Shown: positions 31,790-42,510 of the stretch, piece by piece
Layout: every line of letters begins with the position of its first letter
How positions within the stretch are numbered: position 1 is the stretch's first letter
NCBI GenBank assembly: GCA_963845065.1
Contig: CAWJQQ010000009.1
Span: forward strand, 672,001 to 736,000
DNA: 64,000 bases
Reading direction: 5' to 3'
Source: Nitrospirota bacterium
Lineage (GTDB): Bacteria; Nitrospirota; UBA9217
Notes under the pieces: model-generated
The model's input: only the letters and a program-made list of their open reading frames with translations
Told to the model about the DNA's origin: nothing
Databases searched by the model: none
Position numbers and translations under genes: made by a program

Positions 31790-32249
31790 TTGCTATTTTA
31801 GCGCGATGATCTCAGGTTTTCAATGCATAAAGAAGGTCAAAAAGGGTCACTCCTTTGGCCTTGTCAAAGACAGCAAGCATAAAGAAGCAACCCCTATTAT
31901 CGAAATCACTAGTTCCAAGTGAAAATACTGGGAACCACTCGCGAGGGTGCATGATACTATCAGTACCCGATAATGGTTTCTACTTCTTAAAGTATAGGGT
32001 TGTAGTTGCAGCCGAAGGACGCCAGTAATCACGAATAGTTAAGATTATTGGTTGGAAATTCATACTTTACATCTTTCCGAAATCAGCATACTCTTAGCAA
32101 AGGGAAAGAAGGCCAGTCCGAGGCTAAAAAAATCATAAAAGCAGCATGTTGAATCTCATTGACCATACGGGATCTCTTCTCTACACAGGTTCTCATCTTC
32201 TTAATATATGACACAAATTTTACACCGAAAACTGCATGTTTGGTGCTTT

Positions 32250-32514
32250 TGTCTTTCTGGCGGATCAGGTCGGCATAACAGACCATGTTAGTATCGGCGA
32301 CCGAACGGTGGTTTCCGCCCAGAGCGGCAACGTGAAAGATAGCGAGCCGGGCCAGAAGATCGGTGGGTCTTACTCCATGCCGCAAAAAGACTGGTTTAAG
32401 GTGCAGGCAATTCTTCCGAAATTGCCAGAACGCAGAAAACAGATTGCCCATCTTGAGAAACAGGGGCAGGAATTGCGGCTAAAAAATATCAGACATGTAA
32501 AAAAAGATTTATGA
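32250..32514 (+). pseudogene. lpxD: C-terminal remnant of an LpxD-like acyltransferase
   Basis: QVGITDHVSIGDRTVVSAQSG...GSYSMP...LPKLPE; most of the N-terminal part is absent. Confidence 0.7.
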
Positions 32515-32829
32515 CAAAACCTGAATTATGTGTAAAAGTTGTGATTAAGGTAAGAAGAAGCGAACCTGTTGATGAGATGAACTCTAATCACAGGATCTAC
32601 CTAGTATCGCCAGTGAGAGATTCAAACGCGTACTGCCCTTTTTTGGGCCGGAAAAGATACGTTGTTCTGCACAGTATTGAAGGACGTATATGTACCGAGC
32701 AGGAATGAACTAGAGGGATTCTGTAAGAAGACCCTGCACACGTTGTGTCCTCGTTACCTGAAGAAAGATTCCGAGTCAAACGCGATGAGCAGGAATGCTC
32801 ATCAGGGATGCAAATGAAAATGAGGCGTT

Positions 32830-33327
32830 GTGGATATGAGACCATTGATCGTCTTGCTGCTTGTCCTTCTTTTCCTCATTCCTTCAGCTGCATATGCTGA
32901 TGGTCTGTTCGTCGAAGTCGGCACGGGTTTAGGCTACTCGCGATCCAGCGAGCCCGTCTTCCTTCGATATTATATAGATACCTCTCCCGTGTTCGGACTG
33001 AACAGTTTTTATGATTTCTCCCTCGCCACCTGGAGCGGACCGAACACCAACCACGAGGTCGCAATCGGCAGAGGAGTGCTGTGGGGCTGGACCGAAGAAT
33101 TCTATTCAAGTTTCGAGGCTGGAGGAGCATACCTCTGGAAGACTACCGAGAACCTCGGTACCCGTTTGCAGTTCGCATTCCGGTTTGCCCTCGGATTGAA
33201 GACCGGAACGTTCGATATTTCAGCCGGCTATAATCACATTTCCAACGGGGAGGAAATATTCAAGTGGAGTCATGGCCCTAACACCGGCGAAAACTTCGTG
33301 ACGATCCAGATCGGGCGCATGTTTTAG
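32830..33327 (+). CDS. Outer-membrane lipid A 3-O-deacylase (PagL) / acyloxyacyl hydrolase family
   Basis: Signal peptide, LGTRLQF, HISN catalytic motif, NTGENF, C-terminal Phe. Confidence 0.75.
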   Translation: MDMRPLIVLLLVLLFLIPSAAYADGLFVEVGTGLGYSRSSEPVFLRYYIDTSPVFGLNSFYDFSLATWSGPNTNHEVAIGRGVLWGWTEEFYSSFEAGGAYLWKTTENLGTRLQFAFRFALGLKTGTFDISAGYNHISNGEEIFKWSHGPNTGENFVTIQIGRMF

Positions 33328-33714
33328 ACAGGGGTAAGGTAAAACAATAAGCGGAACGATCCGATAAGTCAACCTGCGCTCGTGAATAGCACGGGCAATA
33401 TTCGTGAAGAGGGCTTAGATAAAGGGTGGGTCAAAGGTCAAAACCGTTTGGAGGGCCGGGAGGACCGCCGGTAATCCTGAAGACCGTACCGGCAAAAGAG
33501 CTCCAAAATCGAAGAGCGAAGGAAAAAAGCATTCTCAACGAAAGAGATTTGGCATGACTGCTCCACAAGTGAGAGTTGTTTTAGATCTCTGTAAGAAACT
33601 CGTTTATAGCACGTATATGCCTCAAAATCATGTAATAAGCGCCTTTGAATATTTTGACTATACAAGTTACGACTATAAAGCGTAAGTGTGCATAATGTGT
33701 TAAATAGATAAAAG

Positions 33715-35166
33715 TTAGTCTTTGATCCCGGCAACCTCTTTAGCCAGCCTCTTTTTATGTTCAAGATTCCCCTGCCGTGAAATCATAATCCGTTGCGTTT
33801 GAGGTGATCCTGCTCCATGCATGGATTCCGTACGATATCCAACCGCTGCAGTCCCGAGAGTAATATTTTCAATCAGTCGCAGAATTCGTAAGCGATGCTC
33901 TGTGGGAACTGAGACTACTCCTTGGAAATATTTTTTAATTACCTTGCCGATTTCTGGATGGTGAAAATCCTTTTCCGAAGCCATCGTAACCATCAGTCCT
34001 CCAGCAATATCTTCCGCCAGTCGTGCAATTTCGTAGGGAAATCGCGTAACATTCTGCTTGCAAACATTTGCCAGCAGTAAATTAATCAGATAATTGCCCG
34101 AAGAGGTTTGATGACCTTCCGCCGAGCAGGCAATCCCGCAGGCGTAGAGTGTTTCATTGAGATGTATCATTTCGATCAGCTTGTCTTTAATATGAGATGC
34201 TTTTGCCGCTCCATTGTAATCGGCAGCCAGGGCCGCTGCACCTATAAGGACATCACCAACACCGACCTTGCAACCACCATAACTTTGGCGATGATAACCG
34301 GCAAAACGTTCCACCAGGATGCCACTGAATTCATACTCTCCGCACAGAAACACATTTTCCCAGGGTACGAATAAATTGTCAAAAACCATCAAAGCTTCAT
34401 GGCCGCCGAATTGATGGTTGCCCACATCAATATCCCCGCCTTCCAGCTTCCGCGTATCACAGGATTGGCGACCGTAGATATAGAAGATACCTTCTGCATC
34501 AGAAGGTGCAACAAAAGAAAGAGCATAATTGCTATCTTCTTTAGTCATGGCGATTGTCGGCATCACAAGAATCCAGTGGGAATTGATAGCTCCTGTTTGA
34601 TGGGCCTTGGCGCCCCGGACGATAATGCCATCCTTCCTCTTTTCTACCACGCGAGTATAGAGGTCTGGATCAGCCTGCTTGCCGGGCGACAAACTGCGGT
34701 CGCCTTTGGGGTCGGTCATGGCGCCATCCACTGTCAAATCATCTTCCTGAATTTTGAGCAAGAACTTAAGAAATCTTTCATGATATTGAGTGCCGAGTTT
34801 TTTATCCATTTCAAAGGTGACGCTGTCGACGGCATTGATGGCATCCATTCCAACGCAACGCTGAAAGCACGCACCGGTTTTCTGTCCAAGTAGCCGTTGC
34901 ATTTTAACTTTTTTGATCAGGTCTGAGGTGTTTTGATGTAAATGGCAGAACCTGTTGATCTTTTGTCCTGTCAGGTGTGATGTTGCCGTCATCAGGTCTT
35001 CATTCTGCGGATCATTGGCCAGGGTGTACGTCATTTTTACGGAATTCATTGAAGGTCTGATGATAGGATGGTCCACCGGATTTTTCACCTGTTCACCCAT
35101 CAGATAGATTTTAAGCTTCAGTTTGCGCAAACTTTCTTCATATTGTTCAGAAGTTTTCAGTGCCAT
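33715..35166 (-). CDS. abfD: 4-hydroxybutyryl-CoA dehydratase (HpaB-fold, FAD/[4Fe-4S])
   Basis: CFQRCVGMD, GAMTDPKGDR, AKAHQTG, HRQSYGGCKVG, ESMHGAGSPQ. Confidence 0.9.
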   Translation of the reverse strand: MALKTSEQYEESLRKLKLKIYLMGEQVKNPVDHPIIRPSMNSVKMTYTLANDPQNEDLMTATSHLTGQKINRFCHLHQNTSDLIKKVKMQRLLGQKTGACFQRCVGMDAINAVDSVTFEMDKKLGTQYHERFLKFLLKIQEDDLTVDGAMTDPKGDRSLSPGKQADPDLYTRVVEKRKDGIIVRGAKAHQTGAINSHWILVMPTIAMTKEDSNYALSFVAPSDAEGIFYIYGRQSCDTRKLEGGDIDVGNHQFGGHEALMVFDNLFVPWENVFLCGEYEFSGILVERFAGYHRQSYGGCKVGVGDVLIGAAALAADYNGAAKASHIKDKLIEMIHLNETLYACGIACSAEGHQTSSGNYLINLLLANVCKQNVTRFPYEIARLAEDIAGGLMVTMASEKDFHHPEIGKVIKKYFQGVVSVPTEHRLRILRLIENITLGTAAVGYRTESMHGAGSPQTQRIMISRQGNLEHKKRLAKEVAGIKD

Positions 35167-36026
35167 TGCGGAAAGCCTCCTTAAATTGACTTGTTTGGTT
35201 TATTATTAAATCATAGGATTAGTTTAAATGTTTCTATACAGGGTTCAACGCCAATTAATTTCGTATAGACTATTTTTTCAAAAATAATAAATATTGACAC
35301 CACAATGGAGTTGATCCTAAAAAAAAGAAACGGTTGAATATTTTACTATTTTAATTGTATAGATTGGCAAATTAAATCGCCGATCAATGCTGCGATGAAT
35401 ATATGCTTGATAGCCTCAGATGTCAATTCTATCGATTGGATATTTTATAGGTAGCGTTAACGAATTTTGATTGTGTCTTTATGAGATGAGAAATGGAAAC
35501 TTTAATAGAAACAGGATGAAAGTTGCACTGCTAGCTACAAACAATATCCGTCACTTTTTCAGTGATCTCGGTAACCCTCCACAACACCCACAACTATAAA
35601 ATGTCATTATTGAGAAGAGGTAAAAAAATTGTGGTTGTAGTGTCCATTTCAGCGAGTGGAACAACGTGGATTATTATTTTGTTAGCAAAACAGGGTTCTT
35701 ACCGCAAAGAAGTGGAGCGCTATGAGCAATCCCGTTTATCATGATAAGAATGCAAAACGTAGTGCGGTTGTTTTTTTTAGTCTCTTTCACTTTATTACAG
35801 TGAAGCACGCATCTTCATTTTTGCAATCAACACAGCCGTATTACTGTGGTCGATAACCCGTTCGTCTACGCGTCCCATGAGGGGCCTTTTAAGCCCCATC
35901 CTCTAATGACTGCAAACAATAATTAAGTTTGTGGTATTTTATCGTGAAGCGTTTACAATGACAGCTCCCATAACATTATTGACATTTTATTGAGTCAGGA
36001 ATATATTCAAAATAAACGATATAATT

Positions 36027-37841
36027 ATGACTCTTTATCCAAAACGAGTTTCCCGTTCGATCACCTTGAAACTCATTCTATACCTCGGTCTTCTCATAAT
36101 CATAGGGTGGAGCCTATCCTGGTATGCTTTGATCCATGCGGGGAAAAGAAATCTCCTGGCCGGAGTTGTGAGCCGTGCGGCTTCCAATTCGGAGTTGGTG
36201 AAAAAAGGCACGCGGTATAGCATGCTAACAGTCAACAGGCAGGCCATTCAACAGACCATCGAGGAAATCGGATCAACTAAGGACATCGAGGGGATCAGAA
36301 TATTCGACAACAAGGGCAGTATTTACTATTCGTCGAAAGTAAAGGAAATCGGGCGTCAGGTTAACCGGGGGGCGCAAGCATGCATTGGCTGTCATGCCAA
36401 CCCCATGAAACCTGCTGAGACCTTGACCGGCGACCAGCAGTGGGGCACGTACACCGGAACCAAAGGCTACCGTGTACTGACGTTCGTAGAGCCGATTTAC
36501 AACGATCCTACCTGTTCCGGGGCGGCGTGCCATTTCCATCCTGAAAGTCAAAAGGTCCTCGGCGTTCTCGAAGCCGATTTCTCCCTGCTCTCGCTCGATA
36601 ACGAAATCCGGAGACAGACGCTCGCGATAACCGTCTATGCCGTTTTGCTCGCTGGAATTATTTTTGCGATACTGTATGCCGTTTTGCGAAAGATTCTGCT
36701 CGAGCCGGTATCGTCCATTTCAGATGCTATGAAAAAGGTCGCTGGCGGCGATCTGACGCATAGGGTGGACCTCAATACGCAGGACGAAATGGGCCTGCTT
36801 GCGCAAACGTTCAATACCATGACCGGCGATCTTGGGGCCGCGAAGCTCCAAATGGAACATTGGAACCAGACGCTGGAGGAAGAGGTAGAGAGAAAGACAG
36901 ACGAACTCAGAAAATCGCAGAGCAAACTGGTTGAATCCGAAAAATTGGCGGCGCTCGGAAGGCTTACCGCTGATGTGGCGCATGAGATCAGGAATCCCCT
37001 TACCTCGGTTGGCGGGTTTGCCCGTAGACTACATAAAGAGGCAACAACGGAAAAAGAGCGGAAATACGCCGAGATTATAGAAACGGAAGTGGTCAGGCTT
37101 GAAAAAATATTACGCGATGTGCTTATATTTTCGCGCGATGCGCGGTTTTTTCTAGAGAGGCATTCGATGGCCGAAGCGGTCCGGGCAACTGCCCTTTTGT
37201 ACCAGGACGAATGCGCGGAAAGGGGGATAACTATTCGCGTAGAGATCCTGGGCGCTCTCCCCACAATTTTGATGGACAAGGACCAAATGCTTCAGGCTCT
37301 CGGCAATCTGATCACCAATGCGGAGGACGCGATGCAGAACGGCGGTACGTTGGAACTCCAGGCCGGAATGGAGAAAATGCGGCATGCGACCTTTGTCTTT
37401 GTAAAAGTATCTGATACGGGAACGGGAATCGATGCGGACAAACTGCCTCTGATTTTCGAACCGTTTTTTTCGACGAAGGAAATCGGCCGCGGTACAGGAC
37501 TCGGCCTTTCGATCACGAGAAAGATCATGGAAGAACACGGCGGTTTCGTGAAAGCGGCAAGCGTGCGGGGAAAAGGATCTGCCTTCAGCCTCTATTTCCC
37601 GTGCCAGCGCGAAGAGGACGCACGCAAGGTGCCGTGCTGGGAGTACATGCACTGCGGAAGGGACCGGGACGCGACCAGGAAATGTCCGGCCTACCCGCAT
37701 TTCGGCAGGCTTTGCTGGATCGTTGCAGGCACATACTGCGAAAGTAAGGTGCAGGGGACCTTTGCAGCGAAAGGAGGTGGATGCGACACCTGCGGGTTTT
37801 TTAAAGATGCCGTGTTAGGGAAAACTGCAGATTCAGGATGA
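36027..37841 (+). CDS. Sensor histidine kinase: periplasmic heme-c domain, HAMP, HisKA, HATPase and C-terminal Cys-rich two-CW domain
   Basis: Two TMs; CIGCH and CSGAACH; VAHEIRNPL; DTGTG, GTGLGL; tail CWEYMHC...CPA...CWIVAGTYC...CDTC. Confidence 0.9.
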   Translation: MTLYPKRVSRSITLKLILYLGLLIIIGWSLSWYALIHAGKRNLLAGVVSRAASNSELVKKGTRYSMLTVNRQAIQQTIEEIGSTKDIEGIRIFDNKGSIYYSSKVKEIGRQVNRGAQACIGCHANPMKPAETLTGDQQWGTYTGTKGYRVLTFVEPIYNDPTCSGAACHFHPESQKVLGVLEADFSLLSLDNEIRRQTLAITVYAVLLAGIIFAILYAVLRKILLEPVSSISDAMKKVAGGDLTHRVDLNTQDEMGLLAQTFNTMTGDLGAAKLQMEHWNQTLEEEVERKTDELRKSQSKLVESEKLAALGRLTADVAHEIRNPLTSVGGFARRLHKEATTEKERKYAEIIETEVVRLEKILRDVLIFSRDARFFLERHSMAEAVRATALLYQDECAERGITIRVEILGALPTILMDKDQMLQALGNLITNAEDAMQNGGTLELQAGMEKMRHATFVFVKVSDTGTGIDADKLPLIFEPFFSTKEIGRGTGLGLSITRKIMEEHGGFVKAASVRGKGSAFSLYFPCQREEDARKVPCWEYMHCGRDRDATRKCPAYPHFGRLCWIVAGTYCESKVQGTFAAKGGGCDTCGFFKDAVLGKTADSG

Positions 37842-38128
37842 CGCGGAGTCGGGGTACTTTTGTGGCTTCAAAGTACCATGTGCGTAAGCCCATGGGTGTC
37901 TCCTGCATTCGAAAATAACTACTTCAACTACCTACTACAATTCTGCAATGACAATGTCGTGACAATGGCAAAGCATGCATGATGTAACATTATGCTTTGC
38001 AAAGTATGAAACTACAATAGTTGCAGGAATAATTCACCAGCACACGGTGCAACCATCATTCTTCACATCATTCTCAAAATAATAGCTACACTGGCAAGGA
38101 AGGATTTCTGAGCAGTGATAAACTCAGT

Positions 38129-38150
38129 GCCCATTATTGGGCTTTTTTTT
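38129..38150 (+). terminator. Putative Rho-independent terminator
   Basis: GCCCA-TTAT-TGGGC followed by T8. Confidence 0.45.
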
Positions 38151-38943
38151 CGTTTCCGCAGGTTGAGCCGTATCCAAACGCTTGCCTGAAATATAACGCG
38201 ACATGAATCGGAATGGGTGGGCGGCATGGATCGGGATTCATATTAGTGGCAGCCAGGGCAAGTTTGATGTCAAGGACGTGGCAAATGTCATTCATCTCAT
38301 TGTCCAGGGGAACTACTCATATTACGAATATCCCCCGTTTTACGGCCTAACTTGCGCGTACTCATTGCCCATTAACGTCGTTAAAAAAAATGGGATTCAG
38401 CATGGGCGTGAGTATTCGCAATCAAATTATTGAACAACATTTCTTGAGTTGGACCAACAGCACATCTCATCGTCAACTCTGACCATGGTGATGGCATGCC
38501 TCGCTCCTTTGGAGATAACCAAGATAGCATTGATGTACGCATGGTACCTCCATCTGAAGTGGTATCTGGGATTTCTTTAGGATGAAGTCGCTAGGAATGG
38601 GATAGTGAGATTCTACTAGAAGTAATGATATCATGCTGAAGCTACTGTATGTATTGTGCAATCTATGGTATATTTGAAAGTCAGAGGCCTATCCTGAATC
38701 AGTTGAGGTTTCCATTCTCTGTAACTCGTAATCTTCCAACCCGAAATCTACAACGCCTACCCTACCATTATTCAATCTTGACATATGCATGATGAAGCGC
38801 TATCTTTTTTAATAAACCCTGCGCCTGCACTAGTCCTGAGGCAAAATGTCACAATCAATCACATAAGTTCGGAGTTTAATCCCGAAGAGTATCGGTATTC
38901 ATCGCTCAACATATCAAGTTCAACAACACCTAGGAGAACAATC

Positions 38944-39606
38944 ATGAAACATATAGCATATTCCTTCATTGTATTACTGGTGGCCCTGACGCTCCTGTAC
39001 GCCACAGTCCCTGCTACGGAGGCGCTTAAGCCCATGGTCTTGATGAAGCCGCAAACGGACGGTGGAAGACCACTCATGCAGGTGCTGAAGGACAGAAGTT
39101 CTTCGCGGTCATTCAGCAGCGAAAAGCTTCCGCTCCAGGTACTTTCCAATCTACTATGGGCGGCTTTTGGAGTAAACCGTCCGGACTCGGGAGGGAGGAC
39201 CGCTCCCTCGGCAAAAAACGCTCAGGAGATCGAAATCTATGTCGCCATGGAAGACGGCCTCTATCTCTATGATGCCAAGACCCAGACGTTGAACCCGATC
39301 CTTGCTGAAGACGTCCGTGCGCTGACCGGTCGCCAGCCTTTCGTGAAAGATGCACCCGTGAACCTGATCTACGTCGCCGATTTTGCACGTCTGACCGGAT
39401 CGTCACAGGAGGACAAGAATCTCTATTCTGCCGCTGGTGCCGGTTTCATCGGCGAGAATGTCTACCTCTTCTGCGCTTCCGAAGGGCTTGTCACGGTCGT
39501 ACGCGGTTCCATTGACCGGCAGGCGTTGGCAACAGTCATGAAGTTGAGGAACGATCAAAAAATCATTCTAGCGCAGACTGTCGGATACCCGAAGAAGAAA
39601 CCATGA
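38944..39606 (+). CDS. SagB/ThcOx-like nitroreductase-family protein with a signal peptide
   Basis: RSSSRSF, LLWAAFG, RTAPSA, ENVYL; AGGAG RBS before ATG 38944. Confidence 0.85.
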   Translation: MKHIAYSFIVLLVALTLLYATVPATEALKPMVLMKPQTDGGRPLMQVLKDRSSSRSFSSEKLPLQVLSNLLWAAFGVNRPDSGGRTAPSAKNAQEIEIYVAMEDGLYLYDAKTQTLNPILAEDVRALTGRQPFVKDAPVNLIYVADFARLTGSSQEDKNLYSAAGAGFIGENVYLFCASEGLVTVVRGSIDRQALATVMKLRNDQKIILAQTVGYPKKKP

Positions 39607-39636
39607 ACAGGGTGTATTATGATTCGCTTGTAGTTA

Positions 39637-40740
39637 TTAACCGTCTCATAATAAAGTGGACATATTCATACGATTATGCTATATTTAGCGCATGAGAAAA
39701 ACAGATGCGCGAAAACTTGACCATAAGACTCTGACGGCGGTAAGACGACGGGCTGTAGCTAGCGTACAAGAAGGACATAGCCCTGAGATTGTCGCCCAAA
39801 CAATGGGGATAGCCCGCGCGACCATGTATGGTTGGCTGGCAAAATACCGCGACGGCGGCTGGGGTTCTCTTGATGCTCGGAAACGGGGCGGAAGGCCACC
39901 TAAACTTGATGGTCCTGCCATGCAGTGGATTTTCCGCACCGTGACAATGAAGAATCCTCTTCAAATGAAATCCACCTATGCTCTGTGGACCGCGAAAATG
40001 GTTAGAAAGGTGATCTCCGATCGATTTGGCGTTAAATTGAGCAAAATGTCTGTTTGCCGTTTGCTGGCACGATTGGGACTTACTCCGCAGCGTCCTATTT
40101 GGCGTGCCTATCAGCAAAAGCCGGAAGAAGTTCAGCGCTGGTTGAATAAAGAGTACCCAAAGATCCGAAGCCTGGCCCGCAGAGAAAAGGCGCAGATATT
40201 CTTTGGTGACGAGGCTGGTGTACGATCTGACCATCATTCGGGTACCACCTGGGCAGTTCAAGGAAAGACGCCTGTCGTGAGCAGCACCGGCGCCCGTTTC
40301 GGATTGAACATGATTTCTGCTGTGAGCGCCCAAGGTGAATTCAGATTCATGGTAGTCAGAGGCCGTGTGGGCGCAGCTCTTTTTGTCGCGTTTATCAAGC
40401 GGTTGGTTCATGGCTCTGACCGTAAGATTTTCCTGATAGTTGATGGACATCCGCCTCACAAGGCACGTAAGGTTACCAAATTTACCGAAACGATTAAAGA
40501 CCATTTTCGGCTCTTCTATCTTCCAGCGTACTCGCCGGAGCTTAATCCCGACGAACCGGTTTGGAATGACTTGAAGAACAATGCTATTGGGCGTTACGCT
40601 ATTACAAGCCCGGAGCAATTACATCGTGCTGTCGTGAGTCATCTTCGGTTTATCCAGAAATCGTCGGATCGTGTGCAAGCCTATTTTAATGGCGACAACA
40701 AAGTAGCTGCTTGATGTTCAGACTATTTTGAGACCATTAA
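39637..40740 (+). mobile_element. IS630-family insertion sequence
   Basis: Imperfect terminal inverted repeats (TTAACCGTCTCATAATA.../TTAATGGTCTCAAAATA...) with flanking TA at 39635-36 and 40741-42. Confidence 0.85.
39692..40714 (+). CDS. IS630-family DDE transposase
   Basis: HTH, FFGDEAG, LIVDGHPPH, LPAYSPELNPDE. Confidence 0.92.
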   Translation: MRKTDARKLDHKTLTAVRRRAVASVQEGHSPEIVAQTMGIARATMYGWLAKYRDGGWGSLDARKRGGRPPKLDGPAMQWIFRTVTMKNPLQMKSTYALWTAKMVRKVISDRFGVKLSKMSVCRLLARLGLTPQRPIWRAYQQKPEEVQRWLNKEYPKIRSLARREKAQIFFGDEAGVRSDHHSGTTWAVQGKTPVVSSTGARFGLNMISAVSAQGEFRFMVVRGRVGAALFVAFIKRLVHGSDRKIFLIVDGHPPHKARKVTKFTETIKDHFRLFYLPAYSPELNPDEPVWNDLKNNAIGRYAITSPEQLHRAVVSHLRFIQKSSDRVQAYFNGDNKVAA

Positions 40741-40821
40741 TAAGGCGGGAATTAGACCGCTGAAAGTCATGTATGAATGGATTACGCTAAAAAGCAGTGA
40801 GTCTGTTAAAGTAAATGAGAG

Positions 40822-41616
40822 GTGATTTTGGGCAAATTGGACGGGAAAGTAGCGATAGTAACCGGCGGTGGCCGGGGCATCGGCAAGGCCATTGCCGAAG
40901 GTTACGTGCAGGAGGGTTGCCGCGTGGTGGTGACCGCAGCTCGCGAGAGGAGGGAAATCGATTCCTTTGTCACTGCCTGGGGAAAGGGGAAAGCCCTTGC
41001 TCTTCTGGCGGATGTTACCGAGTACCGCGCCTGTGAAGGCGTCATAAGCGAAACGGTTTCCCGCTTCGGCCGTATTGATGTGCTCGTGAACAACGCCGGC
41101 CGGGGTATGAAATACGTTTCCCCGACCTTCATGACTGAGCCGACTCGTTTCTGGGAAACAGACCCCGAGACATGGAAAATGGTGATAGATACGAACGTGA
41201 ACGGTCCATTCTTCATGGCCCGCGCGGCGATGCCGCACCTGTTGCGTCAAAAGAGCGGTGCGATTATCAATGTGACCATGAGCTACGAGACCATGAAACG
41301 CAGAGGGTTCTCACCCTACGGCCCGTCAAAAGCAGCCCTTGAGTCCGACACAATCATCTGGGCCCAAGACTTGGAAGGCACAGGTATAACCATGAACGAG
41401 ATCCTTCCCGGTGGCGCTACTGAAACCGGCATGATCCCATCTGGCATTTCGGCCGACATCCGTTCGCGCCTGCTCAAGCCCGAGATCATCGTTCCCGTTG
41501 CCGTCTTTCTTGCATCCGATGAAGGACGGAGAATCACGGGCAGGCGCCTCACCGCAACGGAATGGTCGCTCGATAAAGCCGATGGCGTACCTGCCTCGAA
41601 AGGCATCGGTGCATAG
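40822..41616 (+). CDS. Short-chain dehydrogenase/reductase
   Basis: TGGGRGIG, NNAG, YGPSK. Confidence 0.9.
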   Translation: MILGKLDGKVAIVTGGGRGIGKAIAEGYVQEGCRVVVTAARERREIDSFVTAWGKGKALALLADVTEYRACEGVISETVSRFGRIDVLVNNAGRGMKYVSPTFMTEPTRFWETDPETWKMVIDTNVNGPFFMARAAMPHLLRQKSGAIINVTMSYETMKRRGFSPYGPSKAALESDTIIWAQDLEGTGITMNEILPGGATETGMIPSGISADIRSRLLKPEIIVPVAVFLASDEGRRITGRRLTATEWSLDKADGVPASKGIGA

Positions 41617-41699
41617 CGAACAGCACGATCACTTCACAAAAATATCATTACCTGCGACACAACCTGTTTGATTACTCCGTCGAAAAGGAGGTCGTTCTC

Positions 41700-42446
41700 A
41701 TGGATAAAGCACTGAAGACAAAGTTTGTCGGGCTATGGAGCCGATATTTCAACGCAGCTGAGCTTCCTCTAGCTTTTTATTACACTGATCGGACAGACAA
41801 TACTGAACGCATACCAGCCCCTTCGGCCCATATGTGCATGATTGGCGTGCTGGCCAAAGCAAGAAAAGGCACATCACTTTATTTCGAGGCTGACTCGATC
41901 GGCTGCCGCGGGGGGAAGCGATATTCCGGATTTACAGACGAAATCAGCCCTCAATTCGAATATTTTCTCTCGTGTGGCATTCCCTACAAGCTCGAAGGTG
42001 AGCGCTATAAGAAGACTCCTGAGATCGTCAGGGAGATGGTAAGGATACAATCGAAATTTGTGGCTCCCGCACATACTATCGTTTTCAAAAGGTTCGACAT
42101 GCTTGAGGAATCAGACAACCCGGACGTTGTTGTCTTTTTCGCGAACCCCGATGTGCTTTCCGGCCTCTTTACACTTGCAAACTACGATGAGACTGAACCA
42201 AACGGAGTTTATTGTCCCTTTTCTGCCGGGTGTGGTTCAATAATTCAGTATCCCTATCTGGAAAAAACCTCGGACAGACCACGAGCTGTAATCGGAATGT
42301 TTGATGTATCGGCCAGACCTTATGTCCCCAAGGAAACACTAACATTTGCGGTGCCAATAAATAAATTCATGCGTATGCTCGATAATATGGAAGAAAGCTT
42401 TCTCATCACGAGAAGCTGGGAAAAAGTGAGGAAAAGATTGAGCTGA
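41700..42446 (+). CDS. DUF169-family protein
   Basis: GCRGG...YFLSCG...EGERY, PDVVVF, AGCGS, GMFDVSAR; AGGAGG RBS. Confidence 0.75.
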   Translation: MDKALKTKFVGLWSRYFNAAELPLAFYYTDRTDNTERIPAPSAHMCMIGVLAKARKGTSLYFEADSIGCRGGKRYSGFTDEISPQFEYFLSCGIPYKLEGERYKKTPEIVREMVRIQSKFVAPAHTIVFKRFDMLEESDNPDVVVFFANPDVLSGLFTLANYDETEPNGVYCPFSAGCGSIIQYPYLEKTSDRPRAVIGMFDVSARPYVPKETLTFAVPINKFMRMLDNMEESFLITRSWEKVRKRLS

Positions 42447-42510
42447 TGGTCTCATTGATGCACGCTGCCTCCATAACAGCACAAGATACTTTTTCAGAAA
42501 GGAGCCAATA

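Noticed and set aside
33445..33510. Long imperfect hairpin between the convergent PagL-like and abfD genes
   Set aside because: Could be a terminator or chance; no family features recognised.
39674..40618. 314-aa minus-strand ORF
   Set aside because: Antisense shadow of the IS630 transposase.
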